A DNA stretch of 64,000 bases from Candidatus Latescibacterota bacterium (GCA_965205485.1 OZ242180.1:4384001-4448000), one strand, 5' to 3'. Counted from the first letter of the stretch, positions 46,095-56,605 are shown. Numbers and translations: made by a program. The notes: generated by a model not told the origin, from the sequence alone.

Positions 46095-47282
46095 ATGCGC
46101 ATCACGGATGTCCGGACGTTCCACGTGGACGCGGGCTGGCGTTCCTGGCTGTTTGTCAAGGTGGAAACCGACGCCGGTGTCACGGGCTGGGGCGAATGCA
46201 GCGACGACAAGATGCCTTTGAGCGTCGCTGGCGCTATTGAAGATTTCAAGGCCGTGCTGATCGGCAGGGATCCGCGCCCGTTCGAAATGCGGTTCCAGGA
46301 TATGGTCAGACAAAGCCGTCAGAGTCCGGACGGCGCGACCATGAAAGCCATCGCAGGTATCGAACTGGCCCTGCTGGACATCAAGGCGCGGGCCCTCGGC
46401 ATTTCCGTTGTGGAACTGTTCGGCGGGCCCACGCGGGAAGACCTCCGCCTGTACTGGTCCCACTGCGGCACCAGCAGGATCCGCGCGCAGGAACTCATCG
46501 GGACCCCGCCCTTGCGCAATCTGAACGACGTTGCCGCGCTGGGCCGGGAGGTGGTGGAGAAAGGCTTCACGGCGCTCAAAACCAACATTCTGATGCCCGG
46601 CGATCCCGGGTCCGTCTACTTTCCGGGCTTTGCGGGCGGACCCGGCACGACCGACCAGGCCATATCGAATCGGCTCCTGTCGCATATCGAGACTCTGGTG
46701 GGTACTTTCCGCGAAGCCGTGGGACCCGACGTCGACATCAACCTGGACCTCAATTTCAACTTCAAGCCGGAGGCCTGCCGGCGAATTGCCAGAATCCTGG
46801 AACCCTTCAACCTGCTCTGGCTTGAAATCGACATGTACGACCCGGATGCCATCCTTGCGATCAGACAGTCCACCGCCACGCCCATCTGCACCGGCGAGAA
46901 TCTGTTTCACATGCGTGGATACATTCCCTATTTTAAACGCCAGGCGGCCGACGTGTACATGGTTGACGTACCATGGAACGGCTTTTCGCAGTCCAGGAAG
47001 ATTGGAGACCTCGCTGAAGCCTATCAGTTGAACGTCGCCCCGCACAACTACTACAGTCACCTCGCGTCGTTCATCAGCGCGAGCCTTTGCGGCGTGCTTC
47101 CCAACGTCCGCATCATGGAAATCGACATCGACGACGTACCCTGGAAAGACGACCTCGTCACGAATCCGCCAACAATCGTCGACGGGCGCATGGCGATTCC
47201 CGACGGGCCGGGTTGGGGCACGGAGGTCGTGGAAGATGCCCTGCTGGCGCACCCCCGGCAACCCGGGCGTCACCGGGCGTGA
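46095..47282 (+). CDS. Mandelate racemase/muconate lactonizing family enzyme (galactonate dehydratase-like)
   Basis: WLFVKVETDAGVTGWGE, ALLDIKA, LWLEID, CTGENL, APHN, GPGWG. Confidence 0.9.
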   Translation: MRITDVRTFHVDAGWRSWLFVKVETDAGVTGWGECSDDKMPLSVAGAIEDFKAVLIGRDPRPFEMRFQDMVRQSRQSPDGATMKAIAGIELALLDIKARALGISVVELFGGPTREDLRLYWSHCGTSRIRAQELIGTPPLRNLNDVAALGREVVEKGFTALKTNILMPGDPGSVYFPGFAGGPGTTDQAISNRLLSHIETLVGTFREAVGPDVDINLDLNFNFKPEACRRIARILEPFNLLWLEIDMYDPDAILAIRQSTATPICTGENLFHMRGYIPYFKRQAADVYMVDVPWNGFSQSRKIGDLAEAYQLNVAPHNYYSHLASFISASLCGVLPNVRIMEIDIDDVPWKDDLVTNPPTIVDGRMAIPDGPGWGTEVVEDALLAHPRQPGRHRA

Positions 47283-47304
47283 CGTCCGCGAGAGAGGTAA
47301 TCCC

Positions 47305-48657
47305 ATGCGAGAAACCAGGCTGCTAACCGACGAGCAGATGCGGTTTTACGTTGTCAACGGGTTTATTTCCGTCAAGACGGAGCTTCCCGCGGAATTTCAT
47401 GCCGGCGTCTTCCAACGCACAAACGACATATTCAAAACAGAGGGAAATCCCGGGAACAACCTTCTGCCCAGGCTTCCGGAAATCCGGAGGGTCTTCCGGG
47501 ACCCGAATGTCGTCGGCGCGCTCACCGGCCTCCTGGGCGCCAACTACTACATGCATCCCCACCGCCACTGTCACTCCAACCCGCCCGGGAGCACCGGGCA
47601 GCGGATGCATATGGACGGCTGGAACCGGCGGCACCATCACACGAGGTGGGCCATGGCGTTCTATTACCCCCAGTCCACGCCGATAAGCCTGGGTCCCACC
47701 GGCGTGGTGCCCGGCAGCCACTATAACAACACCTTTGACGCCGATGCGAACGAAGAACTGCCTCTTTGCGGGGACGCGGGCGACGTCACCATCGTACATT
47801 ACGACCTCTGGCACCGGGCCATGCCGAATTCCTGCGACGGACCCCGCTATATGATGAAATTCCTCTTTACCCGGATGCAGGAACCGGATGCACCGAGTTG
47901 GCGGCATGTCGCGAACGGGGCTCCCGCGCACGATGGCTGGAAGCACTCAAACGACCGCACGCTGCTGTGGAACCACCTCTGGGACTGGCACCGGGGACGT
48001 CCTTCCGCGAACGGCCTGAACGCGTCGGTGGCGGACGTCGCGCGGGAGCTGGACGACGAGCATGAGAACACGGCCCTGAACGCCGCCTACCGTCTGGCCC
48101 GGATAGGGACCCCCGCCATTCCCACGCTTTCGAATTTTCTGGACGATGAGTCCGAGTCCGTGCGCCGAAACGCGGCCTACGGCCTCAGCGCCATCGGCGC
48201 GCCGGCGGTTCCTGGCCTGGTCGAAAGGCTGGGACACGACGCTGCCCAGGCCGTCCAGATCCTGGCGGATATCGGCGGAGGCGCAGAAGAGGCCGTCCCG
48301 CGGCTGGTCGACACCCTGGAAGACGAAGACCCCGAGGTCCGCCGGTGGTCGGCCGAAGCCCTAGGTAACGTCGCACTGGCGGAGCCGGCCGTGGTATCGG
48401 GACTGAAAAAGCAGATGAAGGACACCGACGGCGACGTGCGCCGCACCGCAGCGCTGGCTCTGGCCAGACTGGGTCCGGCAGCCGAATCCGCCGTTCCGGA
48501 ACTGAGTGACGGGCTGTCGGACGACAATCGTTACGCACGGGGCAACGCCGCCGAGGCGCTCAGGCGAATCGGGACCCCGGCGGCATTGAATGCGCTCATC
48601 CCCGCGTTGACAACGGCCCGCTGGTGCCCGGAAACAACGCCGGAGAGTACGTTTTAG
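47305..48657 (+). CDS. Phytanoyl-CoA dioxygenase (PhyH) family domain fused to HEAT repeats
   Basis: GAGG before ATG 47305; HMD...GPTGVVPGSH...LWHRA...RYMMKF; repeated VRRxAAxAL units. Confidence 0.88.
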   Translation: MRETRLLTDEQMRFYVVNGFISVKTELPAEFHAGVFQRTNDIFKTEGNPGNNLLPRLPEIRRVFRDPNVVGALTGLLGANYYMHPHRHCHSNPPGSTGQRMHMDGWNRRHHHTRWAMAFYYPQSTPISLGPTGVVPGSHYNNTFDADANEELPLCGDAGDVTIVHYDLWHRAMPNSCDGPRYMMKFLFTRMQEPDAPSWRHVANGAPAHDGWKHSNDRTLLWNHLWDWHRGRPSANGLNASVADVARELDDEHENTALNAAYRLARIGTPAIPTLSNFLDDESESVRRNAAYGLSAIGAPAVPGLVERLGHDAAQAVQILADIGGGAEEAVPRLVDTLEDEDPEVRRWSAEALGNVALAEPAVVSGLKKQMKDTDGDVRRTAALALARLGPAAESAVPELSDGLSDDNRYARGNAAEALRRIGTPAALNALIPALTTARWCPETTPESTF

Positions 48658-48772
48658 GTACCGTCCGTCCCGATAGATCGCTTTGCGCTGGACGGTCTGG
48701 CCCTGGACGAAAAAACGGCCGTCGCTTCCGACTGACCGTTTCCCCTCCAGCCCACCCGTCTGTCCTGTCGAA

Positions 48773-49210
48773 TCAGCGCCAGGACGCGATGACCAGGCCC
48801 TGTCCGAGAAGCGAAACGCCGTTGTATCCCAGGCTTAGCCAGAACAGGCCCGCCTTCCGCCCCTCGAAGGCCACCGACTGGTGCGCTACCGGGAGCACGA
48901 AGGCGATCAGCGCCATCAATCCCAGATGGATGCCCGCCATCGCTTTTCCACCGCTCCCCTGCAGCGTCGAGACGTCCTGCGGCCCACCCATTCCGGCAAG
49001 CAGTTGCGCAAGGATGAAAGCAGTGAGGAGCGCCAGAAGAAAACTGACGCCGTACGTTTTGAGGGGGTTGAAGTCCTTGCGTATCTCCTCCTCCGTGGTC
49101 TCCATGTATCCGAGCCAGCGCTTTCCGAACAATGGTCCGTACCAGACGGCGCCTGCGATCATAGGGACAACGCCGGCAACCAGTACCGCGAGATAATTGA
49201 CCTCATGCAT
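48773..49210 (-). CDS. DUF1761-like membrane protein
   Basis: GGAGG before ATG 49210; VNYLAVLVA...GAVWYGPLFGKRW; four TM segments. Confidence 0.85.
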   Translation of the reverse strand: MHEVNYLAVLVAGVVPMIAGAVWYGPLFGKRWLGYMETTEEEIRKDFNPLKTYGVSFLLALLTAFILAQLLAGMGGPQDVSTLQGSGGKAMAGIHLGLMALIAFVLPVAHQSVAFEGRKAGLFWLSLGYNGVSLLGQGLVIASWR

Positions 49211-49288
49211 ATCTGTTCCTCCGGATCGGGTTGAACTGCCTGACTGCAATGCTCCGGGTCTCTATTGACGCCGCCATGTCCTGCGACC

Positions 49289-51088
49289 CTACTCCCACTC
49301 GACCGTTCCCGGCGGCTTGTGCGTTACGTCGTAGAACACCGCTTCGACACCTTCCAGATTTGTAATCTCGCGCGCGAGTTTCCGCACGAAGTCAAAGGGC
49401 AGCGCGCTGAATCGCGCCGTCATGAAGTCCGGCGTTTCCACCGGCCTCAAGACCACGGTTTCCGCGATACCGTCGGATGTCAATGGAAGAAGCACCGTGG
49501 GCATCTGGGACACCGTCCTGGACAGGCCCTCCCGCTCCAGGGCTTCCATCGCGAGCGCGTCCACGTCCCTGAGCAGGTCCAGCCGGGATTGCGTCAGAAA
49601 GGCCCTCTTCAGCTTCAGCGCGGGAAGGGCCGGCGGCGCCAGCAGGTAGACGACCCGGTTGATCTCGGAAATTGTATTCGTAATGCGCGTGGAAACGTCC
49701 TCCAGTACCGCCCAGTCCGTCTCACCCCACACAACCGCGGGGTGCGCATAGGTGCGGAAGTCCCCCTGGACCCCGACGCTCTGGAGCGGAAGCACGCGGA
49801 TCCCGAGCCCGGCGCCGGCCGCAATATCGCGTGCGGCTTCTTCTGCCTCCGCGTCCGGAAGGTCCGCGTCGTCACCAGGGGAGCAGAGGCAGCGCACGGA
49901 CAACCCTGGGCCGGGAAACGGCTGGCGCCAGATCAGATGCGGCGGCAGTCCGAGCGTGTTGCCCAGTTCGCGCACTTCGTCCTTGTAGAGGTGCGCGAGC
50001 GGTTCGATGACCAGTCCGCGGGCGATCAGCTCTTCCACCACGTCCACCCGGTTGTGGTGCGTCTTGATCACCGCAGCGTGTTCCGTACCGCCCGATTCGA
50101 TCGTATCCGGATAGAGCGTGCCCTGCCCCAGCAGCCAGCCGTCCGAATCCAGGCCCATCCGGTCCAGGACGCGGTCCTTGACTTCGAGAAACGCCCGGCC
50201 GATGGCCAGCCGTTTCTGTTCCGGCTCCACCATGCCCTCCACGCTGAGCAGGAAATCCTCCGACGCATCCTCCACAATCAGGTTTTCGAATCCTTCGTCA
50301 CGAAGCGCGTCCGCTACGCGGTCGGACTCCCGCTTCCGCATGAACCCGTTGTTGATGTGCAACCCCAGCACGCGCTCCGGTCCCAACGCGCGGTTGAAAA
50401 GCGCAAAGGCCACGCTCGAGTCCACGCCGCCCGAAACCAGAAGAAACACGCGTTTCCCACCCACCTGCTCCCGGATCTCCTCCTTCGCCGTTTCCGCGTA
50501 ACCGGCCATGGTCCAGGTACGCGGCGCGGCGCAGATATTCAGGAAATTATCCAGTATGTCCATTCCGCGGGCGGTGTGCGCGACCTCGGGGTGGAATTGC
50601 AGTCCGTACAGATTCCTTCGAACGTCACCGACCGCGGCCGTTGCGCAGTCGTCCGTCGTCCCCAGCACCTCAAACCCCGCCGGCAGGCGGCTGGCCACGT
50701 CGCCATGGCTCATCCACACGATCTGGGGCGACGCCATGCCCGCGAACAGGCCATTCGCCGATTGAATCCGCAGTTCCGCCGAACCGTACTCACGGATCTT
50801 CCCACGCGCAACCTCGCCGCCCAGTTCCTGGCACACAAGCTGGTGGCCGTAACACAGTCCAAGCACGGGCAGCCCTGAACTCAGGTGCGCCGAATTGAAC
50901 GCCGGCTGATCCGGGTCGTAGACGCTCGCGGGGCCCCCCGACAGAATCAGGCCGGAAAACCCGTCGACTGCAGAGGTGTCCGCGTCGGGTGGGAAGACTT
51001 CCGACCAGACCTGCAGGCGGCGGATACGGTTTGCGATCAGGTGGGCGTATTGCCCCCCGAAGTCCAGCACGGCGATGCCGTTTTGCAT
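49289..51088 (-). CDS. guaA: GMP synthase (glutamine-hydrolysing)
   Basis: LDFGGQY, GLCYGHQ, QFHPEV, SGGVDS, IKTHHN, FPGPGL, KPPGTVEWE. Confidence 0.97.
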   Translation of the reverse strand: MQNGIAVLDFGGQYAHLIANRIRRLQVWSEVFPPDADTSAVDGFSGLILSGGPASVYDPDQPAFNSAHLSSGLPVLGLCYGHQLVCQELGGEVARGKIREYGSAELRIQSANGLFAGMASPQIVWMSHGDVASRLPAGFEVLGTTDDCATAAVGDVRRNLYGLQFHPEVAHTARGMDILDNFLNICAAPRTWTMAGYAETAKEEIREQVGGKRVFLLVSGGVDSSVAFALFNRALGPERVLGLHINNGFMRKRESDRVADALRDEGFENLIVEDASEDFLLSVEGMVEPEQKRLAIGRAFLEVKDRVLDRMGLDSDGWLLGQGTLYPDTIESGGTEHAAVIKTHHNRVDVVEELIARGLVIEPLAHLYKDEVRELGNTLGLPPHLIWRQPFPGPGLSVRCLCSPGDDADLPDAEAEEAARDIAAGAGLGIRVLPLQSVGVQGDFRTYAHPAVVWGETDWAVLEDVSTRITNTISEINRVVYLLAPPALPALKLKRAFLTQSRLDLLRDVDALAMEALEREGLSRTVSQMPTVLLPLTSDGIAETVVLRPVETPDFMTARFSALPFDFVRKLAREITNLEGVEAVFYDVTHKPPGTVEWE

Positions 51089-51116
51089 GGCTGCTTCTCC
51101 GTGACGGCAGGACGTT

Positions 51117-51320
51117 TCATTGCTTTGTCTTCACAATTTCCCTGAGGAAGTCTTCGGCAGAAAACTCGTTACATCCCGTGGCCTCGATCAACAGATCCAG
51201 GATCTCACGCCGTTTGCGCCGGTCATATATCAAGTCTTCAAATACCTCCCTGGACTTTCTTCGCCCGAGAGCCTTCTCGATTTCTCCGGGTGTCATCCAC
51301 TGGCCGCCCGTTGCAGACAT
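51117..51320 (-). CDS. Small hypothetical protein (67 aa)
   Basis: AGGAGG RBS; fills the gap directly upstream of guaA. Confidence 0.7.
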   Translation of the reverse strand: MSATGGQWMTPGEIEKALGRRKSREVFEDLIYDRRKRREILDLLIEATGCNEFSAEDFLREIVKTKQ

Positions 51321-51510
51321 TCCAACATCCTCCTGTTTTAACGCGGCTTAAAGGCATTCCCTGAAAAAGACAATAGCAGAAATCCAATCCTGTGTCAAGC
51401 GGTCCGGCGATGTCCGATTCTCCGGTCTGCTGGCATCCCATGCGGTTGCCAAAGCCTGGAAAAATGAGTACACTTGGGTTTCGATCCCGATGTCACTTTA
51501 AGGGGTACGG

Positions 51511-51924
51511 ATGACCGTAAACGACCTGCCGGCCCTCAATGCGATATTCAACACGATTGGCGCCGTCTTTCTCCTGATGGGCTATCTGCAGATCAGGCGC
51601 GGCAATATCCGGCAACACCGGCGAATGATGCTCCTCGCCCTCGTCTTTTCGGCCCTGTTTCTGACTACGTATCTGTACTATCACGTCGAGGTGGGATCCG
51701 TACCCTATCCTCATCATGACTGGACCCGCGGCGTCTATTTTGCCATCCTGATCCCGCACATCGTCCTGGCCGCACTGAATGCGCCGTTCATCCTCGCGGT
51801 TGTATGGCTTGCGTTACGCGGGAACTTCCATACACACAGGCGCATCGCCCGCTGGGTGTGGCCGGTCTGGATGTTCGTGTGCGTCAGCGGCGTCATCATC
51901 TACGTGATGCTCTACCAGTTCTAA
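51511..51924 (+). CDS. DUF420 family membrane protein
   Basis: LPALNA, HRRMM, FLTTYLYYH, ILIPHIVLA, HRRIARW. Confidence 0.9.
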   Translation: MTVNDLPALNAIFNTIGAVFLLMGYLQIRRGNIRQHRRMMLLALVFSALFLTTYLYYHVEVGSVPYPHHDWTRGVYFAILIPHIVLAALNAPFILAVVWLALRGNFHTHRRIARWVWPVWMFVCVSGVIIYVMLYQF

Positions 51925-51942
51925 CACACAAGGAGGCACCCC

Positions 51943-52839
51943 ATGACCGTACTCGTGACGGGTTCGACCGGGCTCGTCGGTTCTTCTCTCGTTCCGCACC
52001 TCGAAGCAGGCGGCCACCGCGTCCTCAGGCTGGTTCGCGCGAGCCCGAAAAACGACATGGAGCGCCGGTGGGACCCGGAAACGGGAGAACTTGCGCCGGA
52101 CGCCCTCGAAGGAATCCAGGCCGTGGTCCATCTGGCCGGCGAGAACATCGCTTCCGGCAGGTGGAACGAAGCAAAGAAGAGCAGAATCCGCAGCAGCCGT
52201 GAAGACGGCACCCGGCTTCTGGCGCAGGGCATTGCGGAATCGCAGACGCCTCCCGGCGTTCTGATTTCGGCATCGGCGATCGGATACTACGGCAATCGCG
52301 GCGACGAAATCCTCAACGAGGAAAGCCCGCCTGGCGCCGACTTCCTTGCGGAAACGTGCATTGCGTGGGAGAATGCCGCGCGCCCCGCGGCTGACGCTGG
52401 CGTGCGTACGGTAACCCTGCGAGTAGGAATCGTACTCAGCGCGGACGGAGGCGCGCTGGCCAAGATGCTGTTCCCGTTCAAGATGGGCATGGGAGGCGTG
52501 ATCGGCGGCGGCGCACAGGTTATGAGCTGGGTCTCGATGAGCGACCTGTCGGGAATCATCGTCCACGCGCTCAACACGGCATCGCTCGAAGGCCCCGTCA
52601 ACGCGGTGTCGCCCGCGCCGGCGACAAACCGGGAATTCACGAAAACACTGGGGAGTGTCCTGTCCCGTCCAACGCTCTTCCCCATGCCGGCATTCGCCGC
52701 CAGACTCGCCTTCGGGGAAATGGCGGACGCCCTGCTGCTGTCCGGCGCCCGCGTAACGCCCGCCCGGCTTCAGGAATCCGGATATGACTTTCAACACCCC
52801 GAACTCGAAGGCGCGCTTCGACACATACTGGATCGGTAA
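51943..52839 (+). CDS. TIGR01777 family NAD-dependent epimerase/oxidoreductase
   Basis: VTGSTGLVG, VHLAGENIA, SASAIGYYG, GPVNAVSP. Confidence 0.92.
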   Translation: MTVLVTGSTGLVGSSLVPHLEAGGHRVLRLVRASPKNDMERRWDPETGELAPDALEGIQAVVHLAGENIASGRWNEAKKSRIRSSREDGTRLLAQGIAESQTPPGVLISASAIGYYGNRGDEILNEESPPGADFLAETCIAWENAARPAADAGVRTVTLRVGIVLSADGGALAKMLFPFKMGMGGVIGGGAQVMSWVSMSDLSGIIVHALNTASLEGPVNAVSPAPATNREFTKTLGSVLSRPTLFPMPAFAARLAFGEMADALLLSGARVTPARLQESGYDFQHPELEGALRHILDR

Positions 52840-52863
52840 GTTCCGCGCACGATCGACAGGCCA

Positions 52864-54210
52864 CTACCCTATGCCGTTCAGACGGCACACGACGTCGAAC
52901 AGCACCTGCACCCCGAATCTGACGTTTGCGACGGACACCCGTTCGTCGTGACCGTGGCACAGGTCGAAGTACGCCTCGCCTTCTTCGTACCGCATGGGCA
53001 GGAATCCGTAGATGTGGATATCGCGGTCCTGCAGAAACCGCGCATCCGTGCCACCCGTCTGCATGTACGGGACCACGGCCGCATCGGGATCGAATCGGGC
53101 GATGGACGCCTTGACCGCGTCCAGAAGTGGCGTACGATGGTCGAATTCCGTTCCGGGCCTGAAGACCTTTTCCATTTCGAAAGCGACGCCCTCGCCGGCC
53201 AAAGCGCGAACTTCCCCGACGAACCCGTCTTCGTCCACACCGGGCAATGGCCTGCCGCTCAGCCGCGCCACGGCCTCGGAAGGGATGACGTTGCGCTTGA
53301 CGCCGGCCTCGAGCATGGTCGGCGCGCACGTATTGCGCACCATCGCGTCGAACATCTTCCGGGTCGGCTCGTCAACCGGCAAGGCCTGCAGCGAGGCATC
53401 GCAGCGATCCGGGTCCAGCACCCCCAGCAGCAGATCGGCCACCTCGTCCCTGACCTGCGCGGCGGCGGCGCCTTCGAAGAACGCCTTAACGGCGGGCGTA
53501 ATCCGGTGTGGCATCTTCTCGCGGCTCAATCGCTCCAGGGCCCCCGCCAGATGAAAAACCGCATTGTCGCTATGGGGAACGGAAGAGTGCCCCGGTTGTC
53601 CGCGCGCAACCAGGTTCAGCTCGGCGCTGCCCTTTTCGGCCACCTGGCACGTGTATACCGGACGCCCGTCGACCAGCAATGCAAAGCCGCCGCCCTCGTT
53701 GATACCGTATTCGGCGTCGAACACCTCCGGGTGATTGGCCGCAAGCCAGCGCACCCCATGCACCCCTCCGAGCTCCTCGTCGGCTGCGGCCACCAGGACC
53801 AGGTCGCGCGTCAGCGGCAGGTTCAGACGCTTGCACAACAACAGGACCTGCAGTCCGACGGCCGTCGTCAATTTGGAATCGATCGCGCCACGCCCCCAAA
53901 CGTACCCCGAGTCCACCTCGCCGCCGAACGGATCGCGCGTCCATCTCGCGGGCTCCGCCGGAACCACGTCTATGTGCGACAGGAGCAGCAGCGGGCGCTG
54001 GGATCCGTCGCCCTTGAGACGCGCGACCAGATTCCCGCGCCCGGGCGCGGATTCCAGGACGCCGGGAGAAAGTCCCTCCCCGTCCAGCGCCCCGGCGATG
54101 TCCCGGACCAGGGGCAGTTCGTTCCCCGGCGGGTTCGTGGTGTCGAATCGAAGCAGCCTGCAGTGCCAATCCACCGCTTCCCGGCCCGCTGCATCCCAAT
54201 CCACATTCAT
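52864..54210 (-). CDS. M20/M25/M40 family metallopeptidase
   Basis: DTTNPPGNE, SHIDVVPA, WGRGAIDSK, ADEE, GGTD, HGHDER; GGAG before ATG 54210 (alternative coupled ATG 54258). Confidence 0.92.
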   Translation of the reverse strand: MNVDWDAAGREAVDWHCRLLRFDTTNPPGNELPLVRDIAGALDGEGLSPGVLESAPGRGNLVARLKGDGSQRPLLLLSHIDVVPAEPARWTRDPFGGEVDSGYVWGRGAIDSKLTTAVGLQVLLLCKRLNLPLTRDLVLVAAADEELGGVHGVRWLAANHPEVFDAEYGINEGGGFALLVDGRPVYTCQVAEKGSAELNLVARGQPGHSSVPHSDNAVFHLAGALERLSREKMPHRITPAVKAFFEGAAAAQVRDEVADLLLGVLDPDRCDASLQALPVDEPTRKMFDAMVRNTCAPTMLEAGVKRNVIPSEAVARLSGRPLPGVDEDGFVGEVRALAGEGVAFEMEKVFRPGTEFDHRTPLLDAVKASIARFDPDAAVVPYMQTGGTDARFLQDRDIHIYGFLPMRYEEGEAYFDLCHGHDERVSVANVRFGVQVLFDVVCRLNGIG

Positions 54211-54257
54211 AGCTGAATCTCCGGAATCTGTCCTGTGCCGGCCCGTCTTCTCTTCCA

Positions 54258-55457
54258 TCAAGCCAGCAACTCACCCATCCGCCTTCCAATGGCCTCCACG
54301 TCCCCTTCCCTCAGACACATGGGACCGAACCCCAACACGCCTTCGTACACGTCCGCCGTATTGCAGTGAATGCTTGGCTCGCCATCAATGAGTCTCCGTG
54401 CCAGTTCGAGGCATGTAATGCCTGCCGCGGCTTCGTCGATCTCGAGCCGCAAACCCGGGACGGGCCTTCCGGGATCGATGGCCGCGTCTACGCGCGCATT
54501 CGGCAATGTCTCGAGCGCCGCCGCGAGGCTTTGTATCACAGCGGCCCATCGTGCGTGTCGCGCCTCGTCCCCCTCGGCGACGAACATCCTGAGCGCCGTG
54601 ATCAGGCCCACGATCTCCTCCTTGCCCACCTTGCAGGGTCTCCCGATCCCGTGCTGGGGCGCGCCCGGCAGGAGGTCTTTGTCAATCAGCGACGCCGGCG
54701 GATTCCAGAGGTCGTAGAACACGTCCTGGTCCAGGTGCTGCAGCGCGACAGCCGATACCAGGTCTTTCCGACCGCACAGAATTCCTGAACTCTGCGGCCC
54801 GCGGATGGTCTTTCCCCCGCTGAAACAGACCACGTCCGCCCCGGCTTCGACAAAACGCTGCAGGTTCGACTGGGGCGGAAGCTGTCCGGCGGCGTCCACG
54901 ACGACCGGCACGCCCCGATCGTGGGCTGCTTTCACAACGTCCGCCAGGTCCGGACGCGCCCGGGCGTTCATCACGTACGCAACCGCCGCGGTCCGGTCTG
55001 TAATCGCATCGGCAATCTCCCACGCTTCCGTATCCCGGACGCCGGCCCCGCTGTACCGGTCGGAAATTCCCACCTCCACGAGCTTCACGCCGACCGCTCG
55101 GATGGCATGGTCGTAGAAGTTCCTGTGGCTTCGCGGGATGATCACTTCGTCTTTCATCCCGGCCGTATCCGGCAGCCGGTTCATCCTGCCCGGGTCCAGC
55201 CCGGTCACGCACGCCGCCACGCCAAGCATGATCCCCGCCGCGGCGCCCGACGTGACGTACCCGGACTCGGCGCCCGTGACGTCCGCAATGGCCTCGCCGG
55301 CCCAGGCCTGCAGTTCCGCGATATCCACGCAATGCTGCGAGGCTTCCGCCATGGCCTGCGCCACCTCCGCCGGAAGGATCGAACCGCTCAACCGGGTGGA
55401 CGGCCCGGACGCGTTGATTATAGTACGAATACCCAGGCGTTCATAAACGCTGCTCAT
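54258..55457 (-). CDS. SelA-like PLP-dependent enzyme (DgaE-like)
   Basis: GGAGG before ATG 55457; IINASG, TSGAAAG, VDAAG, FSGGK..GPQSSG, GIGRPCKVGKEEI. Confidence 0.88.
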   Translation of the reverse strand: MSSVYERLGIRTIINASGPSTRLSGSILPAEVAQAMAEASQHCVDIAELQAWAGEAIADVTGAESGYVTSGAAAGIMLGVAACVTGLDPGRMNRLPDTAGMKDEVIIPRSHRNFYDHAIRAVGVKLVEVGISDRYSGAGVRDTEAWEIADAITDRTAAVAYVMNARARPDLADVVKAAHDRGVPVVVDAAGQLPPQSNLQRFVEAGADVVCFSGGKTIRGPQSSGILCGRKDLVSAVALQHLDQDVFYDLWNPPASLIDKDLLPGAPQHGIGRPCKVGKEEIVGLITALRMFVAEGDEARHARWAAVIQSLAAALETLPNARVDAAIDPGRPVPGLRLEIDEAAAGITCLELARRLIDGEPSIHCNTADVYEGVLGFGPMCLREGDVEAIGRRMGELLA

Positions 55458-55601
55458 CCACCACCTCCAGGACTCTGATCCGGCACTCCATGCAAACGCG
55501 AAAAGGCGAAGGCAATTCCGCTTTCCGCAACCCAAAAGGACCGTCAATATCAACCCCGGCCCATACCCTGTCAAGCCAAAACCTTTCCGTATCAAAACCA
55601 C

Positions 55602-55630
55602 TTGTAAACCGGCCGCGGGCTGTTTAAATT
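55602..55630 (+). promoter_or_regulatory. Candidate sigma70 promoter for the NUDIX gene
   Basis: TTGTAA-17 nt-TAAATT immediately left of the MITE. Confidence 0.45.
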
Positions 55631-55631
55631 T

Positions 55632-55795
55632 AGAAGCTGTTTTAAAATTCCCAGCGGTTTTCGCGCGGCTGCAAAAGCGCCGGTCGGCGTTGGTCAAATC
55701 AGCCCGTATAGACAAATATGGGCGGATTCGCCCGCCTTGACCGCCACTTTTTCGCTCGCGCTCGGGAACTCACCGGTAATTTTAAAACAACTTCT
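55632..55795. mobile_element. MITE-like element, 164 bp
   Basis: Terminal inverted repeats AGAAGCTGTTTTAAAATT / AATTTTAAAACAACTTCT (17/18); no transposase ORF. Confidence 0.75.
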
Positions 55796-55840
55796 CAGAT
55801 CGCCGCCAACCGCGCCGACCAGGATCCGGGGGATCCCGAT

Positions 55841-56605
55841 ATGGAAGTCCTCGAACATACCACCAATGCCTTCAACGGCATTGTCATCAGCCCGGAAAGC
55901 CTTCCATCAGACGTGGATACGTTCAGCCATCGTCTCTCAATGTCCCTGGAGAACTGGAAGAAGGGAGGCTTCCAGCTCGTATGGCTGGAGGTTCCCATTG
56001 ACAGGTCGGAATTCATACCCGTCGCGGTGCAGACCGGTTTCTCTTTTCACCACAGCGGCGAGGCTTATCTCCTGTTGACGCGACCCCTGGTCGAAGACGC
56101 GTTCATTCCCGGTTTCGCCACCCACTACATTGGCGCGGGCGGGGTGGTCATCAGCGAGAAAAACGAGATTCTGGTTGTCTGCGAAAAACACCGCGGCAGC
56201 AGCAGGCCCTACTATAAGCTTCCCGGCGGCGCGCTGCATCCGGGCGAGCACCTGGCCGAGGCCGTCGTCCGGGAAATCCGGGAAGAAACCGGAGTTCAAA
56301 CAGCATTTGAAGCGATGGTGTGTTTCCGCCACTGGCATGGCTACCGCCACGACAAGTCCGACATCTACTTTGTGTGCCGCCTCAGGCCGCTCTCTTACGA
56401 TATCGTCCCTCAGCCGGAAGAAATCGAAGAATGTCTCTGGATGCCCGTGGGTGAATACCTGACGTCCGACTTCGTGCACGCCTTCAACCGTCAGATCGTC
56501 AGGGCGGCGCTGGCCAGTCCCGGCGTGGTAATCAGCGAGGTGGACGGATACAGCGACGGCCGGCGGCGGGAAATCTTCATGCCGCCTGGCATGGACGGGG
56601 ATTGA
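55841..56605 (+). CDS. NUDIX hydrolase with N-terminal pre-Nudix domain (NUDT6-like)
   Basis: LPGGALHPGEHLAEAVVREIREETGV; GFSFHH...ATHYIGAGG; KSDIYFVC. Confidence 0.9.
   Translation: MEVLEHTTNAFNGIVISPESLPSDVDTFSHRLSMSLENWKKGGFQLVWLEVPIDRSEFIPVAVQTGFSFHHSGEAYLLLTRPLVEDAFIPGFATHYIGAGGVVISEKNEILVVCEKHRGSSRPYYKLPGGALHPGEHLAEAVVREIREETGVQTAFEAMVCFRHWHGYRHDKSDIYFVCRLRPLSYDIVPQPEEIEECLWMPVGEYLTSDFVHAFNRQIVRAALASPGVVISEVDGYSDGRRREIFMPPGMDGD

Noticed and set aside
54258..55457. selA / selenocysteine system together with SBP56
   Set aside because: Protein is a short SelA-like/DgaE type; no selB, selC or selD here, and SBP56 is not part of Sec synthesis.
55718..55840. Longer NUDIX start at 55718
   Set aside because: The extension is translated MITE sequence; the family-like sequence starts at 55841.
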